In this document: piece by piece, positions 51,636 through 57,276 of the stretch
How positions within the stretch are numbered: the first letter of the stretch is position 1
Layout of the letters: each line of letters opens with the position of its first letter
Assembly: GCA_965205095.1 (NCBI GenBank)
Contig: OZ242040.1
Location: 3,116,176-3,180,175, forward strand
Origin: Candidatus Multivorans sp.
GTDB lineage: Bacteria; Acidobacteriota; Thermoanaerobaculia; Multivoradales; Multivoraceae
Direction: 5' to 3'
DNA: 64,000 nucleotides
Position numbers and translations under genes: made by a program
The notes under the pieces: model-generated
What the model saw: the letters and a program-made list of their open reading frames with translations, nothing else
Databases searched by the model: none
What the model was told of the DNA's origin: nothing

Positions 51636-52066
51636 TCGCGACCGACTCGAACCTGCTCATCCATGCCCACCGGACAGACTCCGAGTGGCATCCACAGGCT
51701 CGGCGCTGTATCGCGTCGTTGGCGGGAGGAAGGGTGAGATGGGGTCTGCCTTGGCCATGCGTACATGAGTTCCTCGGCATCGTGACCCACCCACGGGTCT
51801 ATGCTCCGCCTTCGACCCTTGAGGAAGCTGTCGGCCAGGTCGATCTCTGGCTCGAGTCCCCGGTCGCCGACCTTCTGACGGAGACCTACACCCACTGGGA
51901 GTTGCTGAAGGACCTGCTCCGGAAGGGGCAGGTCAAGGGGCCGATGGTGCACGACGCGCGCGTGGCGGCGCTGTGCCTCGCGCATGGCGTCACGGAGTTC
52001 TGGACCGCCGACCGCGACTTCAGCCGCTTTCCGGACTTGCCGATCAGGAATCCGCTGCAGACCTGA
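51632..52066 (+). CDS. vapC: Type II toxin VapC (PIN domain)
   Basis: TTG at 51632. LIATDSNLLIHAH...MVHDARVAALCLAHGVTEFWTADRDFSRF carries the PIN acidic residues. Confidence 0.8.
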   Translation: MIATDSNLLIHAHRTDSEWHPQARRCIASLAGGRVRWGLPWPCVHEFLGIVTHPRVYAPPSTLEEAVGQVDLWLESPVADLLTETYTHWELLKDLLRKGQVKGPMVHDARVAALCLAHGVTEFWTADRDFSRFPDLPIRNPLQT

Positions 52067-52102
52067 GAGGCCCAGGCCGGTTCGGGCCGTTTCCTGTAGC
52101 CG

Positions 52103-52846
52103 TCATGCCTCGGCGTTGGCGCACTCGGCTATGGCGGCGGCCATCTCTCCCATGGAGAAGAAGACGAAGTCGGTCGTCGGCATCGTCTCGACGCGTTCGG
52201 TAGCGCCCCAGCTTCCGCCCTCGGAGAGCCGCTGGCGGTCGATCCAGGCGTTCGCGAGCCCGAACCGGTTCGCCGGCGCGTGGTCGTGGTGCAGGCTCTG
52301 CGCGGTATGCAGGACGTCGGAAGGATCGAGCCCGAAGTCGGTCTTGAGATGGGCGAGCAGATACTCGAAGTTCCTGTCGGCAGGCTTGTACGAACCGATG
52401 TCCTCGGCGGTGTAGATCGCGTCGAACTCCACTCCGAGCTTGCGGTTCGAGCCGGCGATGCCGGCTCTGTGGACATTGGAGAGGATGACGAGCCGGAAGT
52501 GTCGCTTGAGCACCCGCAACGCGTCGGCAGTGTCCGGGAACGCCGGCCAGTCGGGGACGGAGGCGCCGAACGCCTCGTCGAGCTCCGGGGCCGTCTGCAT
52601 GACCAAGCGGTCGGCGATGCGGCGATGGACGCGAGCAAGCAGCTCAGGGTAGAGGAGACCGGGCGTCTCCTGCTCCTGAAGGCTCTCGCACTGCCCGAAC
52701 GCAACGAGCGCCGCGTCGCGGGTCGCTTCCGCGCCCGGGTTCTGCATGATCAGCGGCTGGAGCGCGTCCCAGATCCCGGTCTCCCAGTCGATCAGGGTGC
52801 CGTAGCAGTCGAAGGTCAGGACCTGGTAGTCGGTTGGTCTAGGCAT
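52103..52846 (-). CDS. Haloacid dehalogenase type II / HAD-IA hydrolase
   Basis: ATG at 52846 with GGAGAG upstream. YQVLTFDCYGTLIDWE (motif I), LVILSNV, and YKPADRNF. Confidence 0.8.
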   Translation of the reverse strand: MPRPTDYQVLTFDCYGTLIDWETGIWDALQPLIMQNPGAEATRDAALVAFGQCESLQEQETPGLLYPELLARVHRRIADRLVMQTAPELDEAFGASVPDWPAFPDTADALRVLKRHFRLVILSNVHRAGIAGSNRKLGVEFDAIYTAEDIGSYKPADRNFEYLLAHLKTDFGLDPSDVLHTAQSLHHDHAPANRFGLANAWIDRQRLSEGGSWGATERVETMPTTDFVFFSMGEMAAAIAECANAEA

Positions 52847-52923
52847 TGGCTCTCCGTCCGGCATTCTGTCCCAACGTACGCCTCCCCGACGACCGCCTGG
52901 GCAGTTGGGTGCTGGCACAGCCG

Positions 52924-53056
52924 GCGCGCGATAGGGCCTGGCCGTTCGACTCACACGGAGACGAGACGCTTGGCGTAGCCTCGATCGAGGGAGACCTTCC
53001 GGTTCGTCGACGGCGACGCAGCGGACGTTGCGATAGAGGACTACCACAGGGGGTGA
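52924..53056 (+). pseudogene. higB: Decayed higB (RelE/ParE-superfamily killer) remnant; boundaries approximate
   Basis: Frame ending in TGA at 53054-53056 reads ETFRFVDGDAADVAIEDYHRG*, matching the HigB C-terminal WRxxFRF.DGDA.DV...DYH pattern. That frame is closed upstream by TAG at 52976. The preceding part (..PFDSHGDETLGVASIEGD) lies in the +1-shifted frame, and the N-terminus is missing. Confidence 0.55.
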
Positions 53057-53058
53057 CG

Positions 53059-53382
53059 ATGAGCCGACGTAGAAACCACCCGGGCCAGCTTCTAAGGTCG
53101 GAACTCGAGGCCCGAAAGATAAGGGCCAACCAACTCGCTCTGGCGCTGCGGGTCCCGGCGAACCGAATCACGGCGATTCTCCGTGGGGAACGAGCCGTCA
53201 CCGCCGAAACGGCGGTTCGCCTCGGCCGCTACCTGGGAACGGGAGCGGCCCTGTGGATGAACCTCCAGACGGCCTACGACGTGTCGGTCGTCGAAGCCAC
53301 GCAAGGCGCTGCGATCAGTCGCGAGGTACTGCCCGCTTCGCCGGCCTCCTCCGGGAGGAGGTTGGCCGGGGCCAATCGCTAA
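53059..53382 (+). CDS. higA: HigA-family antitoxin (XRE-type HTH)
   Basis: ATG at 53059 with AGGGGG upstream. HPGQLLRSELEARKIRANQLALALRVPANRITAILRGERAVTAETAVRLGRYLGTGAALWMNLQTAYD is the canonical HigA/VapI pattern. Confidence 0.85.
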   Translation: MSRRRNHPGQLLRSELEARKIRANQLALALRVPANRITAILRGERAVTAETAVRLGRYLGTGAALWMNLQTAYDVSVVEATQGAAISREVLPASPASSGRRLAGANR

Positions 53383-53384
53383 GG

Positions 53385-53400
53385 GGCGGGCATGCCCGCC
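53385..53400. terminator. Perfect 16-nt palindrome between convergent higA and mcrC (possible bidirectional terminator)
   Basis: GGCGGGCATGCCCGCC is its own reverse complement. It starts 3 nt after the higA stop and ends 14 nt before the mcrC stop. Confidence 0.3.
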
Positions 53401-53413
53401 GAGGTCCGAGGTG

Positions 53414-54631
53414 TCAGGCGACTTGGCGGAGTCCGCGAGCGTCGCGGTGAAGGGCACGGACTCGTTCAGCCAGCTTCCTGATCTCGGCTCTCAGTTTGTC
53501 GATGCTGCCTGACAGGTCGAGTGTTGCGATTTCGAGCTGCTTCCCGGCGTGCCGAACTCGATGCGCAACGTCGTTGGCTTCGCCTTCGGCGTAGATCAGG
53601 AGGCCTCCGGGAAGGTCGAGGGCGGTCGTGTAGGCGAGGAGCTGGTAGAGGTCCGCATGGCGTACCGGCTGGTCCTCGAGGGTCTTGTACTTGACGTCGC
53701 CGACGAAGGTGCATCTTGAGCCGTCCCACCAGGACACGTCGGGCAGCATGCGAACGTCCTTGTCTTCGTCGAGCCAGACCTCTCGCTCGGCGGGGAACGT
53801 ACGTTCCGTCAGTTGCAGTTCCTCACGCAGGGCCCGCGTTACGAACTCCTCGAAGATCTTGTTCATGTCCATCAGGAAACCGTTCGCACGTACTGCGCCC
53901 CGGGCCGTTTCGATGGCCGTGTGACGGAGGATGAGGCGCGACAGGGTCACGACTTCGCGGTAGTGCTCGTTCAGACGGTCGAACTTGACCTCCGGGATCT
54001 CGCTCGGCGGGAACTCGACGAGGCTCACGTTGTCGAGGGTGGCGGTAATCCAGCCCAGGTTGCGGCGCGACTGGGGCGAACGGATGCGCATGCTCGCGAG
54101 CCGAACCGCGGCAGCCTTGACGAGCTGGTTGGGCAGCACGTCGTCCGTGAAGTCGTCGTAGCGGACCTCGACGGGGACGGAGATGCCGAACCTGTGGCGA
54201 ATCTGGTCGGCGACGCGGATGCGTCCGCGGACCGTGTGCAGCGCTTCTTCCTCGGTGCGGTAGCCGTGCAGCAGGCCGCGCCCGAAGGCACGGCGCGCGG
54301 CGCGGGTGAGCGTCGGGACCAGAGCCTCGACGAGGGACTCCTGGCGCTCGAAGTCGAAGCGTTCCTCTCGGAACTTGACCTCGCCCATGGCGTAGGACGC
54401 GAGGTAGAGCACGCGGCCGATGGGCAGCTTTGGTCGGATGGAGACCGACAGATCGTCTAAGTCGACCGCGCCGATCGTGGAAGTGGGCTTAAGGAGGTAC
54501 TCGTCTCCGGTTCCTGGCACGGGCTCGATGGAGAGCTTGTCGCTGCGGAGAAGATCGCGAAGAGCGTCGCGCTGTTCGATCGACAGGTAGTGCCGCGAAC
54601 TCTGCCATTCCTGCAGATCAATCTGCGGCAT
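53414..54631 (-). CDS. mcrC: McrC-like nuclease subunit of a McrBC-type (type IV) restriction system
   Basis: 405 aa. C-terminal PD-(D/E)xK motif RMLPDVSWW...FVGDVKYK in the usual McrC position. Overlaps the McrB-like stop by 14 nt. Confidence 0.8.
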   Translation of the reverse strand: MPQIDLQEWQSSRHYLSIEQRDALRDLLRSDKLSIEPVPGTGDEYLLKPTSTIGAVDLDDLSVSIRPKLPIGRVLYLASYAMGEVKFREERFDFERQESLVEALVPTLTRAARRAFGRGLLHGYRTEEEALHTVRGRIRVADQIRHRFGISVPVEVRYDDFTDDVLPNQLVKAAAVRLASMRIRSPQSRRNLGWITATLDNVSLVEFPPSEIPEVKFDRLNEHYREVVTLSRLILRHTAIETARGAVRANGFLMDMNKIFEEFVTRALREELQLTERTFPAEREVWLDEDKDVRMLPDVSWWDGSRCTFVGDVKYKTLEDQPVRHADLYQLLAYTTALDLPGGLLIYAEGEANDVAHRVRHAGKQLEIATLDLSGSIDKLRAEIRKLAERVRALHRDARGLRQVA

Positions 54632-56294
54632 CGTTGGTTGCGTCCTCGCCGCTCGCAGGGCGGCGTGCGGCCTGTTGGTCCGCGCTGCCGTCGCGCTGCG
54701 ACCCGTTGTCGCTCTCGCGCTGGTTCGAATCGCCGCGCGTGGCTTCGCGGCGCAGTCTCGTCAGATCGAACTCGGCCAAGCGGTCGCTTTGTCCGTAGAG
54801 GCGCTCCTCGATGTAGGGAAGTACGTTGTGCTTCCAGACCAGTGCCAGCTTGTTCTCGTCGAGGTCGTCCTTCATGAAGTAGGTCGGTCCGATGGCCGCG
54901 TGCCGGTCGCCGCCGCGGTAGAGCTTGCGGTTGGCCCGGTCAACTACGGCCGGCAACCACGCCATGCCGGTGGCGTGTCGCTCAAGCCACCGGCCGAGCA
55001 GCCCCTTGATCGGCGCCCTGTCGGGATGGAACTCGACGAAGTGGAATCGTCGTCGCAGTGCCAGATCGACCAGGGCGATTGACCGGTCGGCGGTGTTCAT
55101 CGTGCCGATGATGTAGAGGTTCTTCGGCAGGCCGAAGGACTCGTCATCCGCGGTGGCGTACTGCAGACGGATCGTGTCGTCCCGGTACTCCAGCAGAAAG
55201 TAGAGTTCGCCGAGCACTTTGGCGAGGTTGCCCCGGTTGATCTCGTCGATGACGAGGAAGTGGGGCGCCTTCGGCTCGTCTCGGGCGGTGTCGGCGGCTC
55301 TAAGCAGCGGGCCGCGTCTGAGCCTGAACCCGGGCCGGTCACCATGGAGTGTTGGGCGGAACCCCTGGACAAAGTCCTCGTAGGCGTACGACGGGTGGAA
55401 CTGGACCAGCTTGACTCGTCGGTCCGAGCCGGCCAGATGGCGGGCCAGCTTCCTCGCCGCGTGGGTCTTGCCGGTGCCTGGCGGTCCCTGGAAGATGATC
55501 TGAGGCTTGTCCTTGAGGAGTTCGACTACCTTGTCGAGTTCCTCAGAGTCGAAGAGGAGTTCGTCCGCTAGCGTCTTGAGGTCGCTCTCGGAGAACGCGT
55601 CCGGCTTTCTCGCGGGTGGCGCGGGCGAAGTATGGCACTTCGTCTTAGGGCTTCTCGACTTCATCTGCCAAAGGACCGACTGCGCCTCCAGCGGAGTCGC
55701 GGGCCGATCCAGTCCTGCTCTCCGGGCTCGGTCGATGAACTCGTCAAGGAACCCCAGCGCCACGTCGTAGCGTGTTGCTTCGTCAGCCTTGTGTGCCGGC
55801 TTCTGATACCCAGTACGTCTGTACGCCGTGTTGAAGGGTGTTGGTTTGTAGGGCGGATAGCGCTCAGGGTCGAGCCCCATCAGAAGCACAGAGATCTGGT
55901 TTAGACGATTCCCGGGTGTTGGGATGACCTCCTTTGGGAGCCGTCTCGCGAAGGCGCGAATCCTCTCGCCGACTTTGAGCCCCTCGTCGGTCGACCAGAT
56001 CGCCCGTAGAGCCTCCGCCGCTTCCTGGGGCTGAGCGTCGATCCAATCGAGGAACGGTGCGTTGGCGCGCCAGTCGACCAAGTTGTTCTTGCCTGTCGTC
56101 GTCCTGGCTGCCTTGTTCAGAAGAACGGGCCAGTCTTCGTTTCCACTCAGGAGCGCCTTTCTGGCTGTGCCGAGTTCCGTCGCGATACGCAGCTTGTAGT
56201 GGATCTCGTCTGAGTCGAGTGTGTCTTCCTGGAGGCATTCACGTACGTCCTCCAGGTAACTGCCCCACCCTGGACCATCGGTGACTCGATTCAC
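54618..56294 (-). CDS. mcrB: McrB-like AAA+ GTPase with a non-canonical N-terminal domain of about 290 aa
   Basis: Start set at GTG 56294 (GAGGAG about 8 nt upstream). Walker A FQGPPGTGKTHAA, McrB signature VIDEINRGNLAKVLGELYFLLEYRD, and IIGTMNTADRSIALVDLALRRRFHFVEF. Confidence 0.85.
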   Translation of the reverse strand: MNRVTDGPGWGSYLEDVRECLQEDTLDSDEIHYKLRIATELGTARKALLSGNEDWPVLLNKAARTTTGKNNLVDWRANAPFLDWIDAQPQEAAEALRAIWSTDEGLKVGERIRAFARRLPKEVIPTPGNRLNQISVLLMGLDPERYPPYKPTPFNTAYRRTGYQKPAHKADEATRYDVALGFLDEFIDRARRAGLDRPATPLEAQSVLWQMKSRSPKTKCHTSPAPPARKPDAFSESDLKTLADELLFDSEELDKVVELLKDKPQIIFQGPPGTGKTHAARKLARHLAGSDRRVKLVQFHPSYAYEDFVQGFRPTLHGDRPGFRLRRGPLLRAADTARDEPKAPHFLVIDEINRGNLAKVLGELYFLLEYRDDTIRLQYATADDESFGLPKNLYIIGTMNTADRSIALVDLALRRRFHFVEFHPDRAPIKGLLGRWLERHATGMAWLPAVVDRANRKLYRGGDRHAAIGPTYFMKDDLDENKLALVWKHNVLPYIEERLYGQSDRLAEFDLTRLRREATRGDSNQRESDNGSQRDGSADQQAARRPASGEDATNDAAD

Positions 56295-56550
56295 TGCGGT
56301 TTCTCCTCGTCCCGTTGCTTGCTGCTGGTTCGGAGACGCGAAGCGTGCCGGCGGTCGAGCTGGTCCAGCAGCATCAGCCCGCGCTGAGCGTCGCCTCTCG
56401 CCGCACGCACCCGGAAACGCATCTCGGTGTCGCGTTCGGCCAGCGTACGGGTGGAGAGTTCTTCCATTGGCTTGTTCAAGCTCAGATTGCGCTGCGCTGC
56501 GAGAGCCGATCCCGGTGAGCGTCAGGAATCCTGATGGTGAGGGTAGCCAC
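56291..56550 (-). pseudogene. Ribbon-helix-helix (CopG/Arc-like antitoxin-type) gene, apparently frameshifted, first gene of the McrBC-like operon
   Basis: GTG at 56550 with GGAGGA 7 nt upstream. It reads VATLTIRIPDAHRDRLSQRSAI*, with the stop at 56482-56484. The -1-shifted frame continues ALAAQRNLSLNKPMEELSTRTLAERDTEMRFRVRAARGDAQRGLMLLDQLD...; joined, this resembles one RHH antitoxin family I recall (TLTIRLPD..ERLKALA..RGISVNKLIEELST..LAE.DAETRFRARAA.G). Its stop overlaps the McrB GTG (GTGA). Confidence 0.55.
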
Positions 56551-56702
56551 TTCCGTCTCCTCCGAGCCACTGGGCCGGCGCAGGCCGGCACGTCCGGGGA
56601 AGTCTAGAGGCTTCAGGCGGCCTGGCGGAGTTCGGGAGCGCCACGGCGAACGGCGGACCCGCTGAGCCAACTTGCCGATCTCGCGTTGGTAAGGTCCAGT
56701 CC

Positions 56703-56846
56703 ATGTTGGAGGCACTGGTTGCCCTGCTTGCCTTCATCGCGCTGCTGGTTGCTGCATGCTGGGTCGCAGGCGACTTTCTGGCGCGATTCTCCGTCCGCGC
56801 TGCCGCAGACTTCATGGACGCTGTCGAATCGGCGCGCAAGCGCTGA
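56703..56846 (+). CDS. Candidate small hydrophobic protein (47 aa)
   Basis: My own translation: MLEALVALLAFIALLVAACWVAGDFLARFSVRAAADFMDAVESARKR*. It has one predicted TM helix plus an amphipathic tail. The composition is unlike the R/P/G-rich shadow ORFs. The SD is weak (AAGG). It is too short for the supplied track. Confidence 0.3.
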   Translation: MLEALVALLAFIALLVAACWVAGDFLARFSVRAAADFMDAVESARKR

Positions 56847-56862
56847 TTTCCTTGAATGCGGA

Positions 56863-57005
56863 GCCGGCCTGCGGCCGGCGCGTCACCTGGCCGCCTTCGG
56901 CGGCAGCGGGTCAGAAGACCCGCGTACCCAGAGCTACGGCTTTTGCGTTGGGGTGCTCCAGAGCGGAACTGCTCACGATGAGCGGAGGCCGGCCAGAAGG
57001 CCGGC
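56863..57005. other. Cluster of four short GC-rich hairpins (possible terminators, REP-like palindromes or structured RNA)
   Basis: Four hairpins: GCCGGCC-TGC-GGCCGGC (56863-56879), GCCGCC-TTCG-GGCGGC (56890-56904), GCGGGTC-AGAA-GACCCGC (56906-56923) and GCCGGCC-AGAA-GGCCGGC (56988-57005). The third is followed by TTTT at 56941-56944. Confidence 0.5.
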
Positions 57006-57049
57006 GCACCGGCACTTGCCGCTACGTAGGGCGGATCTGACGTCTTCCA

Positions 57050-57224
57050 GCCTGGACCGGGCCGAGGGGGAGGGTCCCAGGGGGCTGGAGGCGAGCGACT
57101 GTCGAGGTCCTTCAGCAACCAGGAACCTGCCGGAGCGAAGCCGACCGAAGCGAACCCCCAACCCCTCATCCACCAAGAGGGGGTGAGCGTCCCCTGGGAC
57201 CCTCCCCCTCGGCCCGGTCCAGGC
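57050..57224. repeat. 175-bp element bounded by perfect 34-bp inverted repeats (MITE-like element or very long terminator hairpin)
   Basis: Region 57050-57083 (GCCTGGACCGGGCCGAGGGGGAGGGTCCCAGGGG) is the exact reverse complement of 57191-57224, checked base by base. The spacer is 107 nt. The element starts 53 nt downstream of the carboxylase stop on the minus strand. Confidence 0.85.
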
Positions 57225-57276
57225 GGGTGTGACCGCCGTCGCCCCGTCCTCGCCGCTTCCGTCCTCGCCGCCGCCG

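Noticed and set aside
52067-52102. Weak hairpin (GGCCC...GGGCC followed by GTTTCC) between convergent vapC and the dehalogenase.
   Set aside because: It has only a 5-bp stem with a 10-nt loop, which is not distinguishable from chance in GC-rich sequence.
57084-57190. tRNA-like or T-loop-like sequence (GGTTCGCTTCGG on the minus strand) inside the inverted-repeat element.
   Set aside because: No complementary T-stem, acceptor stem or anticodon arm could be drawn, so the resemblance is limited to a few bases.
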